Of a stretch of 64,000 bases of DNA, positions 19,834-30,400 are shown in pieces. This DNA comes from an uncultured Candidatus Sumerlaeota bacterium (GTDB taxonomy: Bacteria > CAYMEV01), in NCBI GenBank assembly GCA_964389675.1, contig CAYMEV010000010.1, forward strand, positions 1-64,000, read 5' to 3'. Below the pieces are notes generated by a model. It was not told the origin of the DNA, searched no databases, and saw nothing but the letters and a program-made list of their open reading frames with translations. Position 1 is the first letter of the stretch; the number at the start of each line of letters is the position of its first letter. The position numbers and the translations under genes are program-made.

Positions 19834-20310
19834 GTGGCTATGGCAGGTTTATCAAAGATAATAACTATTTTTTTTGCCTTTATATTCATATTATTGCTTG
19901 GTGCTGTTGCCCTGTTCTTTTTTGACCAGTCAGGAACGGCTGTTTATAAAATAGGGTTTTCCAGGGATAAGAAAATCCTGGCTGAAATGTCCGTATCTTT
20001 TTTTGAGGATATTCAGTTCAAGGATTTCGAAAGCTCATCAAGATACCATTCCCCGGAGGATCAGGAAAATGTTGATATTCCGGACCTTATTGAGAGGATA
20101 TTCATTATTAAGCCCGAATTACTGGATATAATGAGATACAGGATCATAAGAATTCATATTGACCGATCGACCAACAGGGCAAGAGTCTTTATGAATGTTT
20201 ATTTCAGGGTGCTTAATTCTGACAGGGAGACAGACAAGGATTTAATCCTGTATTTCTACAAGGACCATAGAGATAAATGGTATATGAAGCTTGAATCTTC
20301 ACTTAGATGA
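19834..20310 (+). CDS. Hypothetical protein with an N-terminal membrane anchor
   Basis: 158 aa, one hydrophobic helix, follows the ABC genes by 3 nt. Confidence 0.65.
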   Translation: MAMAGLSKIITIFFAFIFILLLGAVALFFFDQSGTAVYKIGFSRDKKILAEMSVSFFEDIQFKDFESSSRYHSPEDQENVDIPDLIERIFIIKPELLDIMRYRIIRIHIDRSTNRARVFMNVYFRVLNSDRETDKDLILYFYKDHRDKWYMKLESSLR

Positions 20311-20315
20311 AAACC

Positions 20316-23279
20316 TTAGAAAAGGTAATTCTTCTCAAGGGTCTTGAATTTCTGAAGCAGTTCACCAAGCCTTTCCTTCTGACTTGAATCAGCAGAAGTC
20401 CTCAGGATAGATTCTGCAAGGCTGATACCCTCCCTTACCTTCTCTTTTGCAAGCGATCTGTCTTTCAGCTCAATATGGATCAGGGATTCCTGATAGATTG
20501 CATAGCAAAGGTAATAGCTGTTACCGCCGGCCGTAAAATTTTCCCTGGCGGTACTGATCTCTTTAAGGGATTTGCTGAAATCCTTCCTGTTGTAGAAAAG
20601 CATTGAAGATTCATATGCTACCATCCCCAGCAGGAAATGGTTTTTGGACTGGGTAAAAAACCTGTTTGCGTTCTTGAAGTTGTCAATGGCATCGTTTTCC
20701 TTGTTCAGCCTTATAAGGGATAAAGCAATATAATAATGGATCTTGCCCTTTGTATCATTATCTTTGATCTGTGAGATCTGTATGCCGTTCAGCAGGTTAT
20801 AGCTTTTTTGAGGATCAGTTCTGTATGTTATTTCAGCGAGGTCCACAGCAAGAGAAGCATACTGCTCCCATTCCCTGGATTTTGCGTAAAAACCCATTGC
20901 ATCATCAAGATAATCTGTTTTTTTTCTGGTCTCATGCCTTGGTACAAGTTTAGATAAATTTATTAAAATTTTGCCGTAAAGTTCAGAATCCGGTTCATTC
21001 TCCTGGAAGTACCTGAGGGATTCCTCGAAAGCCCTTATGGAAGAATGGTTTTCCTGAACGGCATTATAGCATAAACCCAGATGATAGTATGCGACGGCTG
21101 CATTTCTCTTCACCTGCTCATTGGCGGTAATATTTTCTGAAACTGACACTGCCCTTTTAAGGGCATCAATTGCCTGATCATATGATTTTTTATTATAATA
21201 GAGTATTCCTGCTTCGAATTTTGACCTGAAGAGGCCTGAATTGTCTCCAATATCGGCATAAGTATCAGCAATATCATCCAGGACCTGGACACTGGCTGCT
21301 TTATCTGTCTCACCTAAGAAAGAAAACACATCATATGCCTTATCAGTCGCCTGTTTCTTAAAGCTGATGCTTTTCATTTTTTCCTGTGCATTTATATATG
21401 TATTGACCTGTGAACGGAAATCATTTGAAATCGAGTATAATGAAGCAATTTCAACTGCAAGGTTCAGCAGTGTAATGTCGCTGCAATCAATTTCCATTGC
21501 ATCCTTGAGTATTTCATGAGACCTTATTATATCACCGGTATTCCTGTAGGATGACCCTACCATAAGGCGAAGCTGAGCGTTCTCTTCCGGGTCGGGTGAT
21601 TTTGAAAGCATTGAGCTGTCCTTTTCGTATATATCAATTACAGCCCTGTAATTTTTGCCTGCAAAAAGTGCTGCAAGCTCATCATACCCGGGAGAAGCAT
21701 GTTCAGGCAAATCTTTTTCCGGTTCTTTTTCACTTTCTAAAAGGGTATCAATCTTTTTTAACAATTGAAGGGCTTCTTTATTGCCTGGCTCCAAAAGCAG
21801 TATGCTGTTTATTTCCTGTCTTGCTTCGTCAAAATTTTTGCTGTTTATCAGCTTATCTGCATTATTCAGCCTGGCCTGGATAATAATCTCTTCCTGCTCT
21901 TTCCGGGCGCCTGTTTCATCCGGCAGATTCTCCCCTGTAGCTGTATCCACAGTATCTTCAGGGGAAGAAGTATCAGTATCAGCATCGGAGTCCGGTATGA
22001 TTGTCGTTTCATCCGTGGAATCTGTTTCACCTGTGACGGGGATCGTATCAGTTTCCGTTTTTTCTCCTGCTGTAACCTCAGTTTTAGCAGTATCTGTTTC
22101 TCTGGACCTGTATTTTGAAAATATATAAAACCCGGTTATTATTATCAGCAGAGACATAACTGCGAAAATGAACATAACAAGCCTGGAGTAATGCCCCGGT
22201 TTAAATGGTGTTGTGGTGGTTACTTCAATTGTCCTGGGTTCTTGTATATCTTCCTTCCTGGGAGATACGGGCCTGACGGTATCCTGATCATGTGTTTTTA
22301 TCTCAGGGGTTTTATCCTCAGCCAGGCTGGATTCAGATAAGGGCATGGGAGATGCCGATGACAGGTATGAGGAAATGTCCCTGTGCATTTCAATTGAGGA
22401 TTGATACCTCTTTAAGCGGTCTTTCTCCAGTGATTTTCTTATTATCCTTGCTACTGCTTCAGGGATTTCATGATTTATGGACTGCGGGTCCGGGAAGGCT
22501 TTCGTTACAATGGAGTCAAGTATCTGGATTACTCCCTTTCCTTCAAAAGGGTTCTTCAGTGTAAGCATCTTGTACAGGATCGAGCCTAAGCTGAATATGT
22601 CGCTCCTGCCGTCAAGCGTCTTGCCAAGTATCTGCTCCGGCGACATGTAATAGGGTGTTCCTACGAGCATTCCTGTTTTTGTGATATTTGTCTCCTCCGA
22701 ATCAAGGATCTTTGCAATCCCGAAATCTGCTATCTTAGTTACTTTGTTGTGAGTTATTATAATGTTAGAGGGTTTAATATCCCGGTGGATAATATTATTC
22801 TGGTGAGCATAATCCAGTGCAAGGCAAATGTCCGATATGATCTTAAGTGTCTGCGGAATGGGGAATACAATCTTATTCTTTATATAGTATTCTATATCAT
22901 AACCGACAATCAATTCCATTATAATATAATAGAAATCTTCCTCCAGGCCGAAATCATAAACAATAACAATATTTGGATGATCTCCAAGTTTTGCCTGGGC
23001 TTTGGCTTCCCTTAAAATCCTTTTTCTTGTTCTTTCTCTCTGGTCTGTGCTGATTATGTCTTTTAAGGAAATGCTTTTTAGTGCGACATATCTGTCAAGG
23101 TGGATATCAAAGGCTTTAAATACAAAGCCCATATTGCCCTTGCCAAGAAGCTCCAGTATTTTATACCTTTTTGCGATCAGGGATCCTTTTGAAAGTTTTC
23201 CCAGGATTGTCTGACATTTAGAACAGTAGCTTAAATTAGGAGGATTTGAAAAACCGCATTTTGAGCATATCTGTTCCAT
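20316..23279 (-). CDS. Membrane Hanks-type Ser/Thr kinase with N-terminal zinc ribbon and C-terminal TPR region
   Basis: CSKC..NP..CSKC; LGKGNMGFV, VALK, HRDIKPSN, DFG, GTPYYMSPEQ; TM LVMFIFAVMSLLIIITGFYIF; T/E/D-rich linker; TPR-like helices. Confidence 0.93.
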   Translation of the reverse strand: MEQICSKCGFSNPPNLSYCSKCQTILGKLSKGSLIAKRYKILELLGKGNMGFVFKAFDIHLDRYVALKSISLKDIISTDQRERTRKRILREAKAQAKLGDHPNIVIVYDFGLEEDFYYIIMELIVGYDIEYYIKNKIVFPIPQTLKIISDICLALDYAHQNNIIHRDIKPSNIIITHNKVTKIADFGIAKILDSEETNITKTGMLVGTPYYMSPEQILGKTLDGRSDIFSLGSILYKMLTLKNPFEGKGVIQILDSIVTKAFPDPQSINHEIPEAVARIIRKSLEKDRLKRYQSSIEMHRDISSYLSSASPMPLSESSLAEDKTPEIKTHDQDTVRPVSPRKEDIQEPRTIEVTTTTPFKPGHYSRLVMFIFAVMSLLIIITGFYIFSKYRSRETDTAKTEVTAGEKTETDTIPVTGETDSTDETTIIPDSDADTDTSSPEDTVDTATGENLPDETGARKEQEEIIIQARLNNADKLINSKNFDEARQEINSILLLEPGNKEALQLLKKIDTLLESEKEPEKDLPEHASPGYDELAALFAGKNYRAVIDIYEKDSSMLSKSPDPEENAQLRLMVGSSYRNTGDIIRSHEILKDAMEIDCSDITLLNLAVEIASLYSISNDFRSQVNTYINAQEKMKSISFKKQATDKAYDVFSFLGETDKAASVQVLDDIADTYADIGDNSGLFRSKFEAGILYYNKKSYDQAIDALKRAVSVSENITANEQVKRNAAVAYYHLGLCYNAVQENHSSIRAFEESLRYFQENEPDSELYGKILINLSKLVPRHETRKKTDYLDDAMGFYAKSREWEQYASLAVDLAEITYRTDPQKSYNLLNGIQISQIKDNDTKGKIHYYIALSLIRLNKENDAIDNFKNANRFFTQSKNHFLLGMVAYESSMLFYNRKDFSKSLKEISTARENFTAGGNSYYLCYAIYQESLIHIELKDRSLAKEKVREGISLAESILRTSADSSQKERLGELLQKFKTLEKNYLF

Positions 23280-23283
23280 GACT

Positions 23284-24180
23284 TTACTTGTTAGGGTAAA
23301 AGTATATCAGGTTTCTGATCTCATTTGAGCTGTTATAAAGCTCAATTGCAGTATTGCCAGGTACATACAGGTATTTGTCCCTGGAAATAATATAATTTTG
23401 GGAAGAATTTTTCTCTTTAATGATTATCTCCCCCGTACTGCTATAATATATGCTTTCGCTGTCAATAGATATATCTGAGATGCCTGTATCCGGAGGAAAT
23501 GTGATCATGCCAAGCGTAATGCCGGCCTGGAATATTTCCGGGTAGAATATCTTCTGCAGCTGTATCTGGTTATTTTCTGCAAAAGATCCATCTTCTATCT
23601 TTATGACCTCGGATATCAGCGATCCGATGTTCTCATCTGTCAGTGTAACTGCTTTTTCATCAAGTTTATCGGGATTAAATGGAGGAGAGGATAAAATATA
23701 GCAGGCAGATACCTTCTCTGCATTATTAAGGAGCCTTCTTTTCAGGCCGGCTTTAAGGGCTATTGCATGATCCTCAGCAAGGATATATTCCCTGCTGTTG
23801 TCTATTACAAGCTTGAGTTCACCATCTGTCACTATTATGATCTCATCGGCCAGCGGGGTATAGTCAAGGAGAATGCCATCCTGTTCGAAGGCCAGTTCCT
23901 GCAGGCTGATATTATCAGATGCCAGTCCGTAATCTGCAGGATAGGAGAATTTATTTGATTGCACAAGGTATCTTTTCCTGATCTTATTTTCCTCATCATG
24001 AAAGAATTTAAGACTGCTCGAAGAGGCCAGGACAGGAGTGTCTGGAACAGGCTTATAATAGGATAAATTATCCATTTCGGAATAAGATTCTTCCTGCACC
24101 GGTGGCAGTTCAGATTTGCAGCTGAATGAAAAAAACACTGCTGCTATTATCAGTATTAATATAGTCCTGTTCATTTCCAT
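23284..24180 (-). CDS. Lipoprotein, probable tandem cupin-like fold
   Basis: Lipobox FSFSC; two cupin-like segments (DEIIIVTDGELKL..ALKAG and ESIYYSSTGEI..LYVPGN) without metal-binding His residues. Confidence 0.55.
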   Translation of the reverse strand: MEMNRTILILIIAAVFFSFSCKSELPPVQEESYSEMDNLSYYKPVPDTPVLASSSSLKFFHDEENKIRKRYLVQSNKFSYPADYGLASDNISLQELAFEQDGILLDYTPLADEIIIVTDGELKLVIDNSREYILAEDHAIALKAGLKRRLLNNAEKVSACYILSSPPFNPDKLDEKAVTLTDENIGSLISEVIKIEDGSFAENNQIQLQKIFYPEIFQAGITLGMITFPPDTGISDISIDSESIYYSSTGEIIIKEKNSSQNYIISRDKYLYVPGNTAIELYNSSNEIRNLIYFYPNK

Positions 24181-24497
24181 GTAAGCTTCTTTATTACTTC
24201 CATTTCTTTAGATCTGGCTCTTTTCTCCATCTCTTTGAGATATAAATAGTATGTTGAAAAGATCTTCCTCAGCATGTCAACCTTTCTGCTGCTTTCAAGA
24301 CCTTCATGTATGAGGTAATTATAAAGGCCTTTATCAATAAAATCAAATATATTTATATTGAAATGCAGCAGATATTCTTTCAGAAGAGGGAGAAAAAGAT
24401 AGGGAGCAAGCAGGGACAGGTCCCTGCATGTTCCTTTGTATTCATTGCAGCTGCTCAGGTCTGCTCCGTATTTCTTATATATTTCTGCAAATTCCAT
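24171..24497 (-). CDS. Hypothetical protein
   Basis: 108 aa, packed between the ATP-grasp gene and the lipoprotein gene on the same strand. Confidence 0.6.
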   Translation of the reverse strand: MEFAEIYKKYGADLSSCNEYKGTCRDLSLLAPYLFLPLLKEYLLHFNINIFDFIDKGLYNYLIHEGLESSRKVDMLRKIFSTYYLYLKEMEKRARSKEMEVIKKLTWK

Positions 24498-24511
24498 ATT
24501 TTAGGAATGAT

Positions 24512-25882
24512 CTATATACAGGTCTCAGTCTTTCCTTCAAGAAGGGCTGTCATCATTGCTCCGAATGTCATTTTTTCTCTGGTCTGCCCCTCTTTTACCA
24601 TGCCCATTGCTAATGGAGCCATCTGCGCCCCGGACGAGACATTGGTCAGCAGGCTGTTGCCATTATCAACCTCAGGACCGCATGGAACGCACCTGCTTAT
24701 TCCTGAAAGAAAATGCCACTTCTTTTCCAGTTCATTGTATATTACATTGATCCTTGTATCGTATACAAGCCTGCCCTGTTCAATCGCCCTTGAATCAATA
24801 AGCCTTAGCTGCTGAATTGAGGCGTCTTCCTTGAAATCCTTAAATTCGTCCAGATATGCTTTTTTATTCGAATCATTGATAAGGACCATGTGCCTTCCGT
24901 CATATCTGTGATAAAGCTTATCTGCAAGGTTTTTAACCAGTGATTCATTGATATGAAGGAATACTCCCTTTCCCCCTGTAGAATTCCATCTTTTAAGCGC
25001 ATATCCGCTGCAGTTCAGCATTTCGTTCACTGAATCAGGGCTGATCTCTTTTCCCAGAAGGGTTACAGGCCTGGAGACAACTTTCCCTGTCTCCTGTTCA
25101 TATTCCCTGAAGCATCTTTCCTCAATGGTTTTGGATCTCAGGTCATCAATCTTCCAGGGGTTTATAAAAACTGTTTCAGGCGTTTGATTTATTATCTGAT
25201 CAGCAAGGTCCTTACCGTAAAATTCAGGGACGTGAATCCTTTCAATCCTTCTGTATGCTATGTCTATAGGCCTTCCATTTACACAGAGCCTGCCGTTCTT
25301 TACTGAAGGGTTTTCATCAGGAGTGATTCTGTATGTTTCAATTCCGGCCTTCTTAAATGCATTTAGCGTAAGGTTATGTGCTGTTTCTTCTTCGCTCTGG
25401 TTATAGGGCCGTGTAAAGACAGCTACAACAGGGTCTTTTCCGTTGCCCTTTACTTTCCAGAAATCTGTGATTGCCTTTACCAGAGTTTTAAGGATATTTC
25501 CAGGGTTTGTAGGGTATTCAAGTGCATCAGGGTTCAGCCCCCTCTCCTGAAGATGTCTGTACAGCCTGTATGACCATATATTTGGACATGCCGGGTAACT
25601 GTTGCAGCATGGACCTTCGAGAATTGTCGGCCTGATATCTACAATTTTTTCGCCTTTGGAATCGGCTACGCCAGTAGCCAGAATATCCAGACCAAGAAGG
25701 TATGAGTGTGGTAGATTATTCTTCTCAGTAAAAAGCAGGTATGCATCCAGAGCATTTTTTGCAACCTCTGAGAATTTCTCCCATGCACCGTCAACCACCC
25801 ATGTTGGCGAATCCAAATATGCGGGGACTTCTGATTCTTCACCCCTGCCACCAATCAATAACCTAAGGTCTTCTTTTTCCAT
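24512..25882 (-). CDS. Divergent circularly permuted ATP-grasp-like protein
   Basis: AAGGAG SD favours the ATG at 25882. Motifs GLDIL, ILEGP, NGRPIDIAYRR, FINPW, ALKRWNSTGGKGVF, IQQL, TNVSSGA occur in the same order as those of 16623..17993. Confidence 0.7.
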   Translation of the reverse strand: MEKEDLRLLIGGRGEESEVPAYLDSPTWVVDGAWEKFSEVAKNALDAYLLFTEKNNLPHSYLLGLDILATGVADSKGEKIVDIRPTILEGPCCNSYPACPNIWSYRLYRHLQERGLNPDALEYPTNPGNILKTLVKAITDFWKVKGNGKDPVVAVFTRPYNQSEEETAHNLTLNAFKKAGIETYRITPDENPSVKNGRLCVNGRPIDIAYRRIERIHVPEFYGKDLADQIINQTPETVFINPWKIDDLRSKTIEERCFREYEQETGKVVSRPVTLLGKEISPDSVNEMLNCSGYALKRWNSTGGKGVFLHINESLVKNLADKLYHRYDGRHMVLINDSNKKAYLDEFKDFKEDASIQQLRLIDSRAIEQGRLVYDTRINVIYNELEKKWHFLSGISRCVPCGPEVDNGNSLLTNVSSGAQMAPLAMGMVKEGQTREKMTFGAMMTALLEGKTETCI

Positions 25883-26066
25883 TAAATACAACTCCTTTAT
25901 TTTTTAGATACTTCATGATAAGGTAAAAATTATGAGCCTAATAGTCAATAAAAAAATAGATTTATTTAATTTTTGAATTAAATTATAATTAAGAGGATTG
26001 TATCTCTGTAAATTTGTTATGATTCATTAAATATTTGCGCTTTATTATAAAGAAGGAGGGCTTGTC

Positions 26067-26567
26067 TTGGAATTTAAGGATTCGGGAAAAAGGATCAGGA
26101 TAATAATAATATTAGTATTTATATTATTGATACCGTTCGTGTTTTATATGAGGAAAGAATACAGGTTATCCAGGTCAAAGGAACTCTTTGGGCGGATAAA
26201 GGAATATGAGCTGGCAGGAAGGTACAAAAAAGCCCTGGAAACCCTTGAAGAGGCCAAGGAACTTAATCCTGAAAACCCTGAGATCAGAACAAAGATTGGA
26301 GAGCTTTATTTAAGGACTGAAAGACGGGATGAAGGCCTGAAGATTCTAAAGGAAGTAATCCTGGAATATCCTTCTTTTGCGGATGCATATTACCATCTGG
26401 CCTTTTATTACTACAATGAGCAAAAATATGAAGAATCAAGGAAATACTGGAAGGGATTCCTGAAGGTTAACAGGGATCCCTTATATGAGGATATCGCCAG
26501 GCGAAGGATAAGCGAGATTGAAAAATTCCTGGGCGAAAACGGGGAAAATTCTATTACAGGAGATTGA
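26067..26567 (+). CDS. Membrane-anchored TPR protein
   Basis: SD AAGGAGG with TTG start; N-terminal TM; three TPR-like repeats (ELNPEN, EYPSFADAYYHLA). Confidence 0.8.
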   Translation: MEFKDSGKRIRIIIILVFILLIPFVFYMRKEYRLSRSKELFGRIKEYELAGRYKKALETLEEAKELNPENPEIRTKIGELYLRTERRDEGLKILKEVILEYPSFADAYYHLAFYYYNEQKYEESRKYWKGFLKVNRDPLYEDIARRRISEIEKFLGENGENSITGD

Positions 26568-26569
26568 TC

Positions 26570-26881
26570 ATGTTGCTTGCACATATAAGCATATTTCCGT
26601 TGGATAAAGGGATCAGCCTGAGTTCCTATGTGGCGCGTTCCCTGGATATTATTGATAAAAGCGGGCTTGATTATACGCTGGGATCAATGGGAACTACAAT
26701 AGAAGGTGAATATGAAGAGGTCTTTGAAGTGATCAGGGAATGCTTTGAATCCATGCGGGAAGATTCAGAAAGAGTAAGCATGTATATAAAGGTTGACTGG
26801 AGGAAGGGGAAAAAAGGACGGCTTGAACATAAGATAAGGAGTGTGGAAAAAAGGCTGGGCAGAAAACTAAGAAGAGAATGA
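26570..26881 (+). CDS. MTH1187/YkoF family thiamine-binding protein
   Basis: SLSSYVARSLDIIDKSGLDY, GSMGTTIEGE, RV..YIKVD.R, KIRSVE; SD AGGAG before the ATG at 26570. Confidence 0.9.
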   Translation: MLLAHISIFPLDKGISLSSYVARSLDIIDKSGLDYTLGSMGTTIEGEYEEVFEVIRECFESMREDSERVSMYIKVDWRKGKKGRLEHKIRSVEKRLGRKLRRE

Positions 26882-27496
26882 CCCCAGTTCGATTATATCA
26901 GGGAAGCCATTTCCTTTATTATTGATAAGCGTCATTATGGTGCGGTGAAACATTGCATATCCTCCCTGTTTTTTCTGCATATCAGGCATTCTTATGCATT
27001 TTGTAATTATCTTTTCTTTTCCCAGTATCTCATTGAAGGTATTTGAAAGCTTCTCCAGCCCTGCTTTGGAAATTGCATGCATTGTAATCTTTCTGTAAAG
27101 CTTATGCGGGCGGGATATGGTGAAATTGATAATAATGGCCGGTTTTGTCAGTCTGGATTCGTTCTTTATAAGACTTTTAACCATCAGAAAGTAACTGTAT
27201 ATGTTCGTGTCCATTTCCAGGTGGAATTCTTTCCTGTTAAAATCATGAAGGCTCTTATCTGACAGATAGCCTGCCAGATTTACAACTGCATCTATTTTGC
27301 CAAATTTGCTGAAGCTTCGCCTGATCAGCCTTTCATAGCTGTCTTTTTTCAAGAGGTCGAATGAACTTACCAGAAGGTTGTCCTTCTCCGAGCCGTTATA
27401 GCCTCTGTAGTTTATACTCAGGGAATGCTCTTCAAGCAGGGAAGGGAGCAGTCTCCTGCCCAATTTGGAATTTGCTCCGGTTAAAATAATATTCAC
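26867..27496 (-). CDS. SDR family oxidoreductase-like protein (degenerate motifs)
   Basis: IILTGANSKLG, FGKIDAVVNLAG, HAISKAGL at the YxxxK position. Confidence 0.75.
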   Translation of the reverse strand: MNIILTGANSKLGRRLLPSLLEEHSLSINYRGYNGSEKDNLLVSSFDLLKKDSYERLIRRSFSKFGKIDAVVNLAGYLSDKSLHDFNRKEFHLEMDTNIYSYFLMVKSLIKNESRLTKPAIIINFTISRPHKLYRKITMHAISKAGLEKLSNTFNEILGKEKIITKCIRMPDMQKKQGGYAMFHRTIMTLINNKGNGFPDIIELGSFSS

Positions 27497-30400
27497 TGTA
27501 CTATACCCGGCAGGATGATAATTATTTCGGTGCCGTTTTTATCAGACTGTATAGCCATATTGCCGTTCATCATTTCAGCAAAATCCTTCGCCAGCTGAAG
27601 CCCTATCCCAAATCCCTGAGCCTTGCTCGATGCATTGCCGCTGGTTTTTATGATCTTCAGAATGCTCTCCGGGATCCCGGGGCCATTATCCTTTATGCAT
27701 ATTGATAGATCCTTTCCGGTGATTGATTCAGTTATTATGATCCTGCCCTTTCCTTTCAGGCTTTCGACTGAGTTTCTTATCAGGTTGCTTATTGCATTGA
27801 AGAACTCAATGTAATCTATAAGTACTTTTGAATCCGGGTCATTCACCACGAAGGAAACTTCTATTTTGCCGTCATGAAAGATGAAGGAGTTTTTCAGCGA
27901 CTGGAAAATGTCGCCAAGCCTGTGGATTTTATCAAGCCTGGACTCTTCCTTCTTTATTCTTGCATACCTGAGCAGAATGCTTTCAATGATCTCAACCTGA
28001 CTCAGTATAGTATCTGCAGTAGCAGCAAAATCACTGGTGAATTTATCTCTATCCCTTTCATAAAGCCTTGATAAATGCTGAACATAAAGTTTTATCGGCA
28101 TTAATGGGTTTTTTATGTCATGGGCAAATTTTTCTGCCATTTTTGTCCGCAGCTTTGCTTCTTCAAGCTCCAGAAGACTTGAAATATCTGTGATCATAAT
28201 CAGGTTTGCAGTCTTGTTATCTTTCATTTCTATCGGGTATTTATCCAGCTTGAACACCTGTTTGTGCTTATTCCTGCCTGATGAAAATACCGGAAAGACA
28301 GCAGTATTTATGGAAGAGTCATCTAAAAAGGAATTTATCTGATCTTCGAGCAGTTTTGCCCAGTCATCAAAAATCTTATTTGAGTGTATTGTATTGTTCT
28401 CTGAATCCAGAAGCAGTATGGCAACAGGGATACTTTTTATGAGTGTATCTGTTATAAGGTTGCTCTTGTAGATAGTATTCAGGAGTTCATTCATCATATT
28501 TGCAACCCTTTTAAACTCTGTCAGGTTTATCTCATCAGTATTGACAGATTTAAGCTTCTCTTCCCGGATCATATTAAGCTTTTTAATGAATGAATTGATA
28601 TTACCTGCAATGAGGCTGTCTGTCTTGGTAAGGATTATGACCACAATCAGGAGGACAAAAGAGAATATTATTGTGGTGAACCTGGTTATTATCTGAAGCA
28701 GGTAGACAGGCATAAGCTGTTTTATTACTATAAGGCTGGTATCCCGGGGGTGAAGCTCCTTGCTGGAAATATAATAATCCTGGCCCTTTATTTTTATCGG
28801 ATGTATATCTCGGTCCAAAAGGCCGGCACCCTGGTTGTAAGGGATGATGCCTGAATACATTAAGAAATCAAAAGTCGAGAGGCTTATAAATCCGGATTTA
28901 TCTGCAAATCCCAGATCAGCTGAAAACTTGCCTGAGATCTCCTCCAGGAAGCTCCTTGTCAGTTCAAATATGAATATTGCCTCTATATCTTTGACCTTTT
29001 TGTAGATTGTTATGTATAAGCCCTTCTGTGTGGATTTATAATCCAGAATGCCCTCCAATATCCTGCTTTCTTTATGGATTGATATATTTTCCTGCCTTTC
29101 ATAGACAGGCATCTGATTATTCTTAATGCTTATCCCGTTTATCGGTGTATCCTGGAAATGCCCCAGGAGGTATCTCTCCAGTCCTTCTACCTGTATCCTG
29201 CCGCTGATAAAATCCTCTAATATCCTTGATTTTAATATTAATTCTGATCTTTTATTGATTTCAAGGCTTATGCTTTCCTTTATATCAAATGATATCTTTT
29301 GGACCTGGCTTGCATGATAGTTGCTGAAGTAATTTGAAAGAGCCGACTGAAGAATGTAAAAGACCATCAGGACAGGGATCAGTGAAAGAAGAGCCGTGGA
29401 AAACCCGATTCTGGTTCTGAGGGAATGAATATCAACCCTTTCCCTTATCCGGGGCACTGCTATCATGATCAATAGTGGAAAAAAGGCTGCTAAAGATAAT
29501 GAGATATTATTAATAAATGCAAAAATAAAGTAGTAGATGTCATAATCCTCGATTAGAAATACTAAAAGCGGCCTGCCCTTCTGCTTAAAATAATAAGCCC
29601 TGCAGCTTTTTTTATTTATGATAATATTGCCTGCTTGTGAAATGGGGCCGTTTTTTGCACTTATCTCATAAAAATCCTGGGGAACTTCAAATGAAATATT
29701 CCTGCTTGAATGTATAATATTTGTGTTTTTTATTACAAGGTAATAATAGCTTCTGTCCAGCAGGGGCCTTATCCATTCGGGCTTTGGAGACTGATGAGAA
29801 AACAGGGCTTCAGTAATGTTCATATTCACAGACTGGAGATCATTGCAGAAATAGTCAAGTGAGCATAGAATCAGGATGCCTCCGCCTATCAGCGTATCTT
29901 TTATCAGCAGTTCTCCTCTTATATAGATGTCAGGCTTTGTTTCATGCTCTTCCATATGATCAATTTTGCCGTTTAAGAATATATCCTGTATATAGCTTTC
30001 GACATTAAGGTAGTTCAGAGGCTCCCTGAGGGAAAATCTTTCCGTTATCTTACCCATTGAATCAAACAGAATAACCGTTATATCCCTTTTTAAGAAAGAT
30101 GCCAGGCTATCCCTGTATGTTTCAAAACCCAGCTTTGAGGTTTTTCCGCTTAAAAGCCTTTCATACAGTATCTCCTTGTTGAGGGAGTTGAACAGGTCCA
30201 TTGCTATTATTTTTGAAATGCTGTGCTCATCATAGGATATTGTTTTTAGCTTAAGCATAATGTCTGTATTAAGCTCTGATTCATAAAGCATTATCAGAAC
30301 CAGGGACAGGGACATATTAAGCAGGAGGACTATAACAGCAATTTTTGCGGTATTTGCTTTTAATGCCCTGAGAAGCATTATGAAAAAAAGATTTATATTA

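Noticed and set aside
21900-22110. T/E/D-rich stretch in the kinase as a DNA repeat element
   Set aside because: Low-complexity linker after the TM helix with no exact nucleotide repeat unit.
24171-24497. 108-aa ORF as a RiPP precursor for the ATP-grasp proteins
   Set aside because: It lacks a leader-core layout or repeated T/S/K/D/E cores, and the ligases are not of the graspetide (RimK-like) type.
16623-25882. Both ATP-grasp genes are 1371 nt long with my start choices
   Set aside because: Their motifs sit at different offsets and identity is low, so equal length is treated as coincidence.
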